This document shows positions 1-7,944 of a DNA stretch of 21,255 nucleotides, piece after piece. Both the position numbers and the translations under genes were made by a program. Position 1 is the first letter of the stretch. Every line of letters starts with the position of its first letter. Source of the stretch: Candidatus Methylomirabilota bacterium (GTDB lineage: Bacteria; Methylomirabilota; Methylomirabilia; Rokubacteriales; CSP1-6); contig JBKPAK010000317.1 in assembly GCA_046726415.1 (NCBI GenBank), positions 1 through 21,255 of the forward strand. The letters are read 5' to 3'. The notes below the pieces were generated by a model. That model saw only the letters and a list, made by a program, of their open reading frames with translations, had not been told where the DNA came from and ran no database searches.

Positions 1-151
1 GGACGAAGACCCAGGCGAGCGGTCGGGCCCTCTCGTTGCTGGGGTCGACTCCCTCGTGCTCGAGCAACAGGTCGGTGATCTTGGCCAGCAGTTCGCGCTC
101 GGCGCTGGGCGACAGGGCACCCTCCGGGATGTATGCGTCCAACATCGGCAT
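1..151 (-). CDS. Tautomerase superfamily (4-oxalocrotonate tautomerase-like) protein, 5' part; runs off the window
   Basis: Not in the ORF track. Minus strand reads MPMLDAYIPEGALSPSAERELLAKITDLLLEHEGVDPSNERARPLAWVFV, a Met-Pro start (catalytic Pro1 pattern). RBS AAAGGAGG at 161-168; starts 2 nt after the upstream stop. Confidence 0.75.
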   Translation of the reverse strand, partial: MPMLDAYIPEGALSPSAERELLAKITDLLLEHEGVDPSNERARPLAWVFV

Positions 152-153
152 GT

Positions 154-687
154 CTACTGACCTCCTTTCGGACTCGCGGCCGGGTCGTGGTTCCCCTGCA
201 AAGCACCATCTGAAAGACCGGCTTGCCGGCGCACCGTCTGGCATAGCAGGCCGGGCATCAAACGGCGGTGGACGGCGGACGCGGGCACCCAGATGAGTGC
301 CGCGATCGGACGGTCGTACCGGATGAAGGTGCCGACGGACAGATGCGCCTCATCCAGTCGGACCACGAGATGGGCGGTGAGGAACCACGAAGACGCCTCG
401 AGCCTGATCCAATCTTCACCGCGATCGGCGATCTTCCATCCGCCCACTCGCTCCGTCGAAGGCCGCGACTTCAGCCGCAGACCGAGGACGCCGCGCCAGA
501 TGAATTGGCCGCCCAGACCCGCCACATCTTCGATCGCGGTACGAGACCACTGCTCCGCTGAGGCATCTGCGGCACCATTGGTCGTCACGGTGAAGAGATC
601 GATGTAATCGGGACTATCCATACCGCTGAGGGAGCGGATCACTTCAGGGATGTTGCGCTGCTGGATCACCGACGGCATGTTCTTCAC
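154..687 (-). CDS. DUF2867-like conserved hypothetical protein
   Basis: 177 aa ORF with PDYIDLF near the N-terminus and IWxPxxxVHRRLMPGLL near the C-terminus, resembling DUF2867; tightly coupled to the tautomerase gene. Confidence 0.6.
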   Translation of the reverse strand: MKNMPSVIQQRNIPEVIRSLSGMDSPDYIDLFTVTTNGAADASAEQWSRTAIEDVAGLGGQFIWRGVLGLRLKSRPSTERVGGWKIADRGEDWIRLEASSWFLTAHLVVRLDEAHLSVGTFIRYDRPIAALIWVPASAVHRRLMPGLLCQTVRRQAGLSDGALQGNHDPAASPKGGQ

Positions 688-704
688 CTTTCATGGGGGT
701 GTAG

Positions 705-1002
705 CTACGGCTGCATCGATACGAGCATCGCGCGCATCTGCTCGTGTACGGCGTTGATGGCCTGCCGGGGCCGGATCATCACCCGGAACTCCACGATGCG
801 CCCGGTGTCATCGCAGCGGATGATGTCGACGCCGTGGACGTATTTGCCGCTCGAACTCAAGCATGGCGACGTCGCCGGCGAGGACCTGCTTCGTGTAACG
901 AAACGCGCCATGGACGACGTCGTCCGCCAGCAGACCGTCCAGCGCCTCCGGCCGCTCGCCCGCAAGGACCCGGTGCCAGGTCTCGACCACCTTCTCGATC
1001 AT
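705..1002 (-). pseudogene. SnoaL/NTF2-like protein with internal deletion and frameshift
   Basis: MIEKVVETWHRVLAGERPEALDGLLADDVV, then the FHSP segment is missing, then FRYTKQVLAGDVAMLEFE, a frame change, and GKYVHGVDIIRCDDTGRIVEFRVMIRPRQAINAVHEQMRAML. Confidence 0.8.
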
Positions 1003-1008
1003 CGTGCC
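913..1008. repeat. Direct repeat copy 1 (96 bp, SnoaL gene 5' end)
   Basis: Matches 1979-2074 with 2 mismatches by manual alignment. Confidence 0.9.
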
Positions 1009-1032
1009 CCCTTCGGCGCGTCGCCTGGTGGC

Positions 1033-1154
1033 TCTGCCCAGAGCCTCAATCAGATCTGAGCGGCCGGCGCCGGGCTCGCCGACGAGCACGATGTGCCCAG
1101 CGGGGACGATGGTCGCCGCTTCGAAGCCGCGAATCTCCGGACCGTAAGCAACAT
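1033..1154 (-). pseudogene. N-terminal fragment of an OLD/SMC-like ABC-type ATPase
   Basis: RBS GGAGG, ATG at 1154, MLLTVRRF, a 1-nt shift, then RGFEAATIVPAGHIVLVGEPGAGRSDLIEALGR: an FRG motif plus Walker-A-like GxPGxGRS, then truncated. Confidence 0.6.
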
Positions 1155-1357
1155 GAACGCCTCCAGCAACGGTCGCCCCGCCCCTGGCCCCCGTCACCGT
1201 GACCTCACCTCCCAGACTGAGCCGCCGCCCGCCCAGGAGCCCGCCCGATGGCACAGCGAATGTCGCGTAGCCAAGCCCTACCGCGCCGAGTCCTTTCAAC
1301 GGGCCGTTACCAGGGCGGCGGGAGGACCCAAGCGCCTTTGCTCTGCCGACGGCGTAC

Positions 1358-1657
1358 TCACACCCTCTCTACGACGAAGACCTCCATGTCAAGGTTGGCC
1401 TGGCGCAACTGTTTCAGCGGGGCATAGTCCGGGTCGTCGTGCCATGCTTGTGCCTGCTCGAGAGAAGGAAACTCCAGAAGGACGACGGCGAGGGGCGGCT
1501 CCTTAGCCCCTTCCAGAAGCCGCGGCGTGGAGTCGCTCCCGATCAACGCTTTGCCGCCGTGTTTCGCTACCAGGGCGGCCGCCTTCGGGCGATATTCCTT
1601 TGCCCATGCCGTTCCCCGAGGTGCTGATCGACCTAGGCCAATGATGTAGGCAGCCAT
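1358..1657 (-). CDS. DUF1330 domain-containing protein
   Basis: MAAYII...EYRPKAAALVAKHGGK...LEG...VVLLEFPSLEQAQAWHDDPDYAPLKQLR; own RBS GGAGG upstream of the ATG at 1657. Confidence 0.85.
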   Translation of the reverse strand: MAAYIIGLGRSAPRGTAWAKEYRPKAAALVAKHGGKALIGSDSTPRLLEGAKEPPLAVVLLEFPSLEQAQAWHDDPDYAPLKQLRQANLDMEVFVVERV

Positions 1658-1669
1658 GTCTCTCGCCTC

Positions 1670-1825
1670 CACCTTCTTTGTGGGATATTCCGTGAGCTGC
1701 GCGACGGCTCCCCCGGCGTGGGCAAAGGCCGACAGTTCGGGCAAGAGCAGGGTCACCGCAACCCCGCCCCCGCCCGAGAGGAAAAATCTCCGACGCGTCA
1801 TCCCCGCTGGCAGCCGCTCCTGCAT
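1670..1825 (-). pseudogene. Tat-signal N-terminal fragment resembling the arsenite oxidase/iodate reductase Rieske small subunit (AioB/IdrB-like), in frame with DUF1330
   Basis: RBS AAGGAGG; MQERLPAGMTRRRFFLSGGGGVAVTLLLPELSAFAHA-GGAVAQLTEYPTKKV shows a twin-arginine motif, hydrophobic core, AxA site and YPxxK(V/I). No Rieske motifs follow. Confidence 0.5.
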
Positions 1826-1848
1826 CGCGCGCCCTCCTTGTCCCGCAC

Positions 1849-1864
1849 CGCAAACCGGGTGCCC
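1849..1864 (-). promoter_or_regulatory. Sigma54 (RpoN) -24/-12 promoter
   Basis: Minus strand GGGCAC-CCGGT-TTGCG matches (T)GGCAC-N5-TTGC, about 24 nt upstream of the ATG at 1825. Confidence 0.6.
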
Positions 1865-1945
1865 CTCACTGATTTGAACTGGGATTTGCGATTGGACGAC
1901 GGTCGCGTCCCTCTCGTGTTGCTGAACGAGCGCTGTGACGGTCCA

Positions 1946-2068
1946 TCAGTCTGATTCCGCCACGATCGGCGAGTGGAAGACGACGTCGCCCGCCAGCAGA
2001 CCGTCCAGCGCCTCCGGCCGCTCGCCCGCAAGGAACCGGTGCCAGGTCTCGACCACCTTCTCGATCAT
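1946..2068 (-). pseudogene. Truncated second copy of the SnoaL/NTF2-like gene
   Basis: RBS GAGGAGG; MIEKVVETWHRFLAGERPEALDGLLAGDVVFHSPIV followed almost immediately by a stop. Confidence 0.8.
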
Positions 2069-2074
2069 CGTGCC
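1979..2074. repeat. Direct repeat copy 2 (96 bp)
   Basis: Matches 913-1008 with 2 mismatches. Confidence 0.9.
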
Positions 2075-2200
2075 TCCTCGCGCCCGCTCGAGTTGCAACG
2101 TTCTGCCGAAGCCCCTATCCTCTGTCACCGGAACAGGGCAGCCAAAAGATGACGGCCGTGACCGCCGTCTGGCTAGAGTGCTGCGCATACAAAAGTAACA

Positions 2201-2243
2201 ACTTCGCTTTTCGAAGTATACACTCCGCGGGGAAGGCCGTCAA
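2201..2243 (-). promoter_or_regulatory. Leftward sigma70 promoter with overlapping palindromic operator
   Basis: Minus strand TTGACG (2243-2238), 17 bp spacer, TATACT (2220-2215). Inverted repeat ACTTCG-N5-CGAAGT at 2201-2217 overlaps the -10/+1 region. Confidence 0.75.
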
Positions 2244-2258
2244 TCTGCTGGAGGAATC

Positions 2259-3041
2259 GTGACGCACAAGGTCTACGGGCAATACTGCGGCTTGGCGAAG
2301 GCGCTCGATCTGGTTGGGGAGCGGTGGACCCTGCTGATCATTCGCGAGCTTGCCTTCGGGCCGCGGCGTTTCTCGGATCTCGTTGAAGGGCTACGCGGGA
2401 TCAGCACATCGGTACTTAACGAGCGGTTGAACCGTCTCGAGGAGGAGCGACTGATCAGCCGCCGGACGTTGCCGCCGCCGGCCGCCTCGAAGGTCTACGT
2501 CCTCACCGAAGACGGTCAAGAGCTCGGCCGAGCGATAGTTCCACTGGCGGCCTGGGGTGTTCGAATCCTTGCCGCCAACCGTCGAAAGCGCACCGAAGCG
2601 TTTCGTCCCGCCTGGGGGTTGCTGTTCCTCCGTGAAACGTTTGACGCCTCGTCGGCGCGCGACGTGCACGACGTGTATGAGTTTCACATCGATGACTCGG
2701 TGATCAGTGTGATCGTGGACGATGGCGAGATGCAGGTGATCGAGGGGCAGAGCGGCCGCCCCGTCGACGTCGAGATCCATGTCGATGCGACCACGTTCAT
2801 CGACGTGGGAGTGGGGCGCCTTCGCGGACGCGATGCGATACGCCAAGGGACGTTGCGACTCGTGGGCAGCGAAGCGGCTCTTCGCCGCTACTCGAGCATT
2901 ATTCGCCCGCTGGCTCTGCCGAGACCGGCTGGCTCACGTCTCGATCGTCACGGCGGGTCGATCGATAACCGTTCACGGGGCAAGCGATCAGATAGCGCCA
3001 CAGCTCGTCGGCAGAGACCTTTTTCGATCTCCAGAACCTGA
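2259..3041 (+). CDS. HxlR-family winged-helix regulator with C-terminal SCP2-like sterol/lipid-binding domain
   Basis: YGQYCGLAKALDLVGERWTLLIIRELAFGPRRFSDL...GISTSVLNERL; C-terminal DVEIHVDATTFIDV...AIRQGTLRLVGS; RBS GGAGG. Confidence 0.9.
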   Translation: MTHKVYGQYCGLAKALDLVGERWTLLIIRELAFGPRRFSDLVEGLRGISTSVLNERLNRLEEERLISRRTLPPPAASKVYVLTEDGQELGRAIVPLAAWGVRILAANRRKRTEAFRPAWGLLFLRETFDASSARDVHDVYEFHIDDSVISVIVDDGEMQVIEGQSGRPVDVEIHVDATTFIDVGVGRLRGRDAIRQGTLRLVGSEAALRRYSSIIRPLALPRPAGSRLDRHGGSIDNRSRGKRSDSATARRQRPFSISRT

Positions 3042-3150
3042 GAGCCACGCAGGCCCGCGGGTATGCGCTGGTCCCGCGGCGTCCGACGCGGCTCGCCCAC
3101 CAGAACTTGCTGGGGACGCCTTCTACTTCGGCGCGTCGGCTGGTGTCTCT

Positions 3151-3551
3151 TGGCCGGATAAACGTGAAGGGCAGGCTGCTGTCCATGATCATCCGTTCGG
3201 CGGCGCAAGGCGGGGCCAAAAGTGAACGAGGCTGCCGGGTGCGCCCCTATGGATGAAAACTTGACCAGGTATTGAGACTGGTCTTCGTCGCTCGCTTCAC
3301 GAATCGCGTCTCTCGCTCAACGAGCTGTTTGTCGACGGCGGACAACAGCAGGCACCCATCGACGCCAGCGAGAGCCGCGTCGAGGGTGCCCGGCTGATCG
3401 ACGGCAGCGGCAACCAGCTCGGCCCCGGCGCGCTGGAGGTCCATCGCTCGGGATGAATCCTGGACCATGGCGCGAACCCGAACGCTCGCGGCCAGGAGCG
3501 CCTGGACAACGAAGCGCCCGTTGGTCCCTGTCGGCCCGTCACGAGGATCAT
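3151..3551 (-). pseudogene. NmrA-like/SDR NAD(P)-binding protein, multiply frameshifted and truncated
   Basis: MILVTG / TGTNGRFVVQALL...VRAMVQD...AALAGVDGCLLLS / HLVKFSSIGA / AERMIMDSSLPFTFIRP, spread over different frames. Confidence 0.8.
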
Positions 3552-3757
3552 AGGTCGCCTCCTTCCCATCCCTGCTCACGGCATTGGCGGTCTCGACAGT
3601 TTCGCCTTCTCCCCGGCCGTTCCCGTGGGCACTTTCGCGGGCGCGCTCCCGACCGTCACGTAACTCCCGCGCCTCTTCCGAGGCCCGGCGAGGCCAGCGA
3701 TCAGGTTTCTGACGGGCACCGGATGTCGGCGTCACTCTCGAGAGCTGTCCTATTGGC

Positions 3758-3775
3758 TTACGATCGTAATATAAT
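3758..3775 (+). promoter_or_regulatory. Palindromic operator and -10 box of a probably leaderless tetR
   Basis: Perfect palindrome TTACGATCGTAA (3758-3769) abuts TATAAT (3770-3775); ATG follows 6 nt later with no RBS. Confidence 0.7.
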
Positions 3776-3781
3776 AGTGTC

Positions 3782-4375
3782 ATGCGCTACGATCCCGAGC
3801 ACAAACAACGGACTCGTGACCGTCTGATCGCCGTTGGGGCGCGGCTCTTCAAACTTCGTGGCTACAACGGCATTGGCGTCGACGGGGTGATGGAAGCCGA
3901 GGGCCTCACCGCGGGCGGCTTCTATGCGCATTTCCCGTCGAAGGAAGCGCTCCTTGAAGAGACGCTTGCGCGTGCGATGGCCGAGACCCGTCGTCAATTC
4001 TTCGCGGGGTTGACGCACCGGCACGGTTGGGAGTGGCTCCGAGAAGCCGTTCGCCGGTATCTCAGCCGCAGTCATCGTGACGGAGTGGCAGAGGGGTGTC
4101 CGCTGCCGGCTTTAAGTGCAGAGGTCGCCCGGGCGTCGAAACGGACGCGCGAGGCCTTCGACCGCTATCTGAAGGAGTTCGTCCTCGAGTTCGAGCGCGC
4201 CCTGCCAGAGAATCTGGAGCGTCGTCGCGAACACGCCCTGGCAATCGTCTCCCTTTGCGTCGGTGGTATCATGCTCGCCCGAGCAGTTGCCGATCGTAGC
4301 CTCTCCGATCTCGTGCTTCGCGCGTGCCGCAAGCACATCGTCCACCCGCAACACGCACAGGAGGACTCGCCATGA
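3782..4375 (+). CDS. TetR/AcrR family transcriptional regulator
   Basis: GARLFKLRGYNGIGVDGVMEAEGLTAGGFYAHFPSKEALL helix-turn-helix; YLSxxHRD...GCPLPAL C-terminal motif. Confidence 0.95.
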   Translation: MRYDPEHKQRTRDRLIAVGARLFKLRGYNGIGVDGVMEAEGLTAGGFYAHFPSKEALLEETLARAMAETRRQFFAGLTHRHGWEWLREAVRRYLSRSHRDGVAEGCPLPALSAEVARASKRTREAFDRYLKEFVLEFERALPENLERRREHALAIVSLCVGGIMLARAVADRSLSDLVLRACRKHIVHPQHAQEDSP

Positions 4376-4728
4376 TGGACGTCATTCTGAAGCGCTTCGA
4401 AGCGCCCGACGAAACCCGTGTCCTCGCGAAGGGCAAGTACCAGATCGTACGGCTGGGCGGTATGACGATCGGCCGCGCCACGTACGAACCCGGCTGGAAG
4501 TGGTCAAGCCATGTCGGGCCCAGCGTCGGCGCCTCTCGCTGCACGGTGGAGCATGTGGGTCTCGTGCTCTCCGGAACGGCGACCGCGGCGTTCGCCGATG
4601 GTCGAGTGACCGAGCTGCGGGCGGGCGAGTTGTTCTACATTCCGGGTGTCCCGCATGACAGCTGGGTCATCGGGGACGAGCCGTATGTCTCCCTACACTT
4701 CATGGGAGCTGACCACTACGCTAAGTAG
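4372..4728 (+). CDS. Cupin domain-containing protein
   Basis: ATGA overlap with tetR, RBS AGGAGG; YEPGWKWSSHV...CTVEHVGLVLSG...PHDSWVIGDEPY. Confidence 0.85.
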   Translation: MMDVILKRFEAPDETRVLAKGKYQIVRLGGMTIGRATYEPGWKWSSHVGPSVGASRCTVEHVGLVLSGTATAAFADGRVTELRAGELFYIPGVPHDSWVIGDEPYVSLHFMGADHYAK

Positions 4729-4729
4729 C

Positions 4730-5050
4730 GCCCGGCCCGCGACCGAGCAGGTTGTCGTGTTCGACCTGAAGCCCATCGCAGGGTATCCTGCGCTCTCCGA
4801 GCGGGTCTGCGGCTATCCGGCGGCCGTCAATCATCAGCGCATGTGCGCGAAGTTCGGCAACCGCTTCGTCAAGTGGTTCTGCACGGGACATGGAGGCTCC
4901 CGCGCCTACCGCGCGCTCTCCACCACGCTCCAGACCCTAGTGCGGTTCGCCGGCGCCCAGCTGATCGAAGAGCAGAGCGGCGAGGGCCTGCCACGCTACC
5001 GTCTCCTCGTGAACCCGATGTCGGCGCCCTGGACGAGCGGGCGGTCGTGA
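4730..5050 (+). pseudogene. Probable 3' fragment of an unidentified gene
   Basis: Protein-like frame VVVFDLKPIAGYP...HQRMCAKFGNRFVKWFCTGHGGS...YRLLVNP with no credible start; its stop overlaps a GTG start (GTGA at 5047-5050). Confidence 0.4.
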
Positions 5051-5223
5051 CGACATTCTTCCAGGAACTTGGCCGTCTTCGGCGAGCCTATCCCTTCATG
5101 GCCGCGCAGTGGGCACAGACGAATGCCCTGCGCGTCGAGCGGCGATCCCCCTGGTCACTGGCCGGGGGAAGGCTCCTCCCGTTCTCACTCTCCGAGACGA
5201 GCCGCGTCCGCGGTGAGGCGGCG

Positions 5224-6438
5224 GTGGACATCCTCTTCGTTGGTGCCCTGCCTCCGCTGCCGGGCGGTGCGCCGATTTCCACGGGCCGGTTGCTCGCCGA
5301 GCTCGCGGGGCGAGGCCACGCGATCCGCGCGATCGCGCCGATCACGCCAGCCGAGCTTGCTCGCGGAGACGCGTTCGCCGCCTGTCACCCCGAGATCGAG
5401 CTTCGCCGCTTCCTCGTTCCGGCGTTCGAGATCGCCACTGGTAGCCCGCCTTCCGACGAGTACCGGCGCCAGGAAGGTGCGGTGCTCCTCGCCGCCGCGG
5501 AACCCCTGCTACGGGCCCGGCTTCCCGACGTCGTCGTCATCGGGCGCGAATCCTTCGCCTGGCATGTCCCGCAGATCGCCCGCGAATGGGGGCGACCGAG
5601 CGTCCTCCTGGCCCGGGGCAATCCCACCCAGCTCATCCTCGACGGCACCTACCCGCCGGCTCATGCCGCATTCTTCCTCGCCCAGTTCCGGACCGTGGAC
5701 CTGATTGTCACCGTCGCCGAGCACCTCGCCGACGGCCTGCGGCGCGTCGGGATTGCCCGCGTGGTCTCGATTCCGAACGCTGTGGATCTCAACACCTTCG
5801 TGCCGCGGCCCCGTTCGGTCGGGCTGTGCGAGGCGCTCGGCCTGCTGCCCTCGGCGCGGGTGCTCGTCCATCTCTCCAACCTGACCGCGCTCAAGCGACC
5901 CCTGGACCTCGTCGGCGCGGTGGCAGAGCTTCGCCCGCGACTACCGGATCTCCGGTGCGTGGTCGTCGGGGACGGGCCACTCCGGCCCGCCGTCGAGGAG
6001 ACCGCCTGCCGACTGGGCGTCAGCGACATCGTCCGATGTACCGGATGGATCGAGCACGAGCGCGTCGCCGACTACATCAACCTGGCCGACGCCGTCGTGA
6101 TGCCGTCGGTCGCCGAAGGGCTCGCCCGGGTGTATCTCGAGACGCAGGCGTGCGCGCGTCTGCTGGTCGCGAGCGACATCCCGGCAGCTCGAGAGGTGAT
6201 CAGGCACGCGACCACGGGTCTCCTCTTCCGGACCGGTGACGTCCCCGACCTGATCGCTCAGATCCGCAGGGCTGCGACCGATCCGGAACTTCGCGACACA
6301 ATCGGGCGCAGCGCGCGGGCGTTCGTGGTGCGCCGCCACGGCATCCCGGATATGGTGGACGCGTACGAAAGAGTGCGCGCGCGCCTGGCGAGGTCGCCGG
6401 CTGCCGACGCGACGGGGGCTCACGGGCTCCGGCGGTAG
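5224..6438 (+). CDS. Glycosyltransferase family 4 (GT-B fold)
   Basis: ILFVGALPPLPGG start, IPNAVD, LKRP, VVGDGPLR, EGLARVYLE (EX7E), ASDIP. The GTG at 5224 has an RBS-like GAGG; the frame is open further upstream. Confidence 0.9.
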   Translation: MDILFVGALPPLPGGAPISTGRLLAELAGRGHAIRAIAPITPAELARGDAFAACHPEIELRRFLVPAFEIATGSPPSDEYRRQEGAVLLAAAEPLLRARLPDVVVIGRESFAWHVPQIAREWGRPSVLLARGNPTQLILDGTYPPAHAAFFLAQFRTVDLIVTVAEHLADGLRRVGIARVVSIPNAVDLNTFVPRPRSVGLCEALGLLPSARVLVHLSNLTALKRPLDLVGAVAELRPRLPDLRCVVVGDGPLRPAVEETACRLGVSDIVRCTGWIEHERVADYINLADAVVMPSVAEGLARVYLETQACARLLVASDIPAAREVIRHATTGLLFRTGDVPDLIAQIRRAATDPELRDTIGRSARAFVVRRHGIPDMVDAYERVRARLARSPAADATGAHGLRR

Positions 6439-6612
6439 GCGCGGAGGGCCGGCGTGCGCCAGGCGATCCACTCCGTCGTCAGGACGCTCGGTACCCCAAC
6501 GTCGACGACCGCGACCCCGGCGCCGAGCCACCGGGGGGCGACCCCGGCCTCGGACTCGCCCAGCTGGGCAGTTCGGTTCGGATACGAGGCGCGGACCGCC
6601 GGAGTCGACCCA

Positions 6613-7437
6613 ATGACGGATCAAGCCGGGTACGTCTCGTTCTGGGGCAGAGTCGGCGGGACGCTCCCGTCGCTCAAAGGCGCCGCGTCGACCCAGTACT
6701 ACTTCGAGTGCGAGCGCCGGCTCTGCGGGACGTACTTTCCGAAGCTCCAGGGACAGTCGCTCTTCAAAACGGATCTCTGGGACGAGGCCAAGAACACCGA
6801 GATCCTGCGCTGGTTGGCTCAACAGGGCGGCCGACCCTACAGTGTCGATATCGCGTTCGAGATCGTGCGCGATGCCCGCACGGTGCTGGCCGGACACTGT
6901 CCCGGGCTGACGGTATCGGACATCCGCGCCCTACCGTTCCAGGATGATTCCTTCGACCTGATCTACTCCATGGGGACCATCGAGCACTTCCCCGACAGCA
7001 ACGTCGCCGTCCGGGAGATCTTCCGCGTGCTCAAACCGGGCGGGACCGCGATCATCGGCGTGCCGAACAAGACCGACCCGTTCTTACGTCCCCTCATGGT
7101 ACATCTGCTCAACGTGCTTGGCGCCTACGCCTACGGGATGGAGAGATCGTTTACCGCGCGCGGCCTGCGCCGGCTGCTGGAGTCTGCGGGCTTCCAAGTG
7201 ACTGCGGTGAGTGGCATCCTATTCATCCCCGGATGGCTGCGGATGCTCGATTTGCTCTGCTACACACGCCGGCCGGGCTTGGCAAGGATCACCGGGGCGC
7301 TGGTCGCGCCGTTTCGCTGGCTTTACCGGCACGTGCCGGCGGTCAGACGGCACGGCTATCTCCTCTCCTGTGTTGCCTCGAAACCTTCTGACGTTCGCTC
7401 TCGAGCTTGGCCTCCTTCCTGCGCGGGCGGTCGTTAG
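6613..7437 (+). CDS. Class I SAM-dependent methyltransferase
   Basis: SDIRALPFQDDSFDLIYSMGTIEHF...EIFRVLKPGGTAIIGVPN; ATG at 6613 after GGAG. Motif I is atypical (KTDLWDEAK). Confidence 0.85.
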   Translation: MTDQAGYVSFWGRVGGTLPSLKGAASTQYYFECERRLCGTYFPKLQGQSLFKTDLWDEAKNTEILRWLAQQGGRPYSVDIAFEIVRDARTVLAGHCPGLTVSDIRALPFQDDSFDLIYSMGTIEHFPDSNVAVREIFRVLKPGGTAIIGVPNKTDPFLRPLMVHLLNVLGAYAYGMERSFTARGLRRLLESAGFQVTAVSGILFIPGWLRMLDLLCYTRRPGLARITGALVAPFRWLYRHVPAVRRHGYLLSCVASKPSDVRSRAWPPSCAGGR

Positions 7438-7885
7438 CAGGGTGTATCTGGACTCCTCAGTCAATGGCGATGCGACCCTCCGGTTCGCCGCGAGGCTGCG
7501 ACCGTAGGAGGTGCGCACTGATGATGGGAGCGGCGAATCCGCAGCGGGGCCTCTTCTATAACATCTCACCGGAGACCTTCATCCCCGAGGAGCATCCGCG
7601 GCGCCGTATTCGCCCCCTCATCGACGAGCGTGTCATCCGACGAGCTTGCCGCGATTTGTACGCGCCCATCGGCCGGCCGTCGATCCCGCCGGAGCAGCTG
7701 TTCTTGGCCCTGGTCGGCGGCTATCTGCTCGGCGTGACGAGCGAGCGCAAGCTCGTCTTGGAACTGCAGTGCAACATGGCCCTGCGGTCGTTCGTGGGCA
7801 TGAATCTCGACGAGCAACCGTGAGACGCCTCGACCTTTAGCCAGAATCGGCGGCGGCGGTTTGATGAGGCCGGGATCTTCCAGAA
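7438..7885 (+). mobile_element. IS5/IS1182-type (DUF772) insertion sequence relic: probable left end plus truncated transposase (ATG 7521)
   Basis: RBS AGGAGG; GRPSIPPEQL...SERKL...NMALRSFVG...P*DASTFSQNRRRRF, with a stop at the conserved Trp position and no DDE domain. Candidate end TTAG|CAGGGTGT. Confidence 0.8.
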
Positions 7886-7944
7886 CCGGATCATCCGTGA
7901 GGGCGCGTGGACGGCCGACCAACGTCTATAAATCGGCGCCCGCG

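Noticed and set aside
808..1299. 163-aa ORF as a real gene
   Set aside because: It is a read-through of non-coding DNA, the ATPase fragment and the broken SnoaL gene.
1286..1310. Possible IS terminal repeat remnant (GAGTCCTTTCAACGGGCCGTTAC)
   Set aside because: Only a loose resemblance, with no partner end or adjacent transposase.
4843..5223. N-terminal extension of the 531-aa GT4 ORF
   Set aside because: It overlaps another protein-like frame; GT4 similarity begins at the GTG at 5224.
7386..7440. Possible attC ending in GTTAGCA
   Set aside because: No AAC box and poor stem pairing; better explained as a stop codon plus IS left end.
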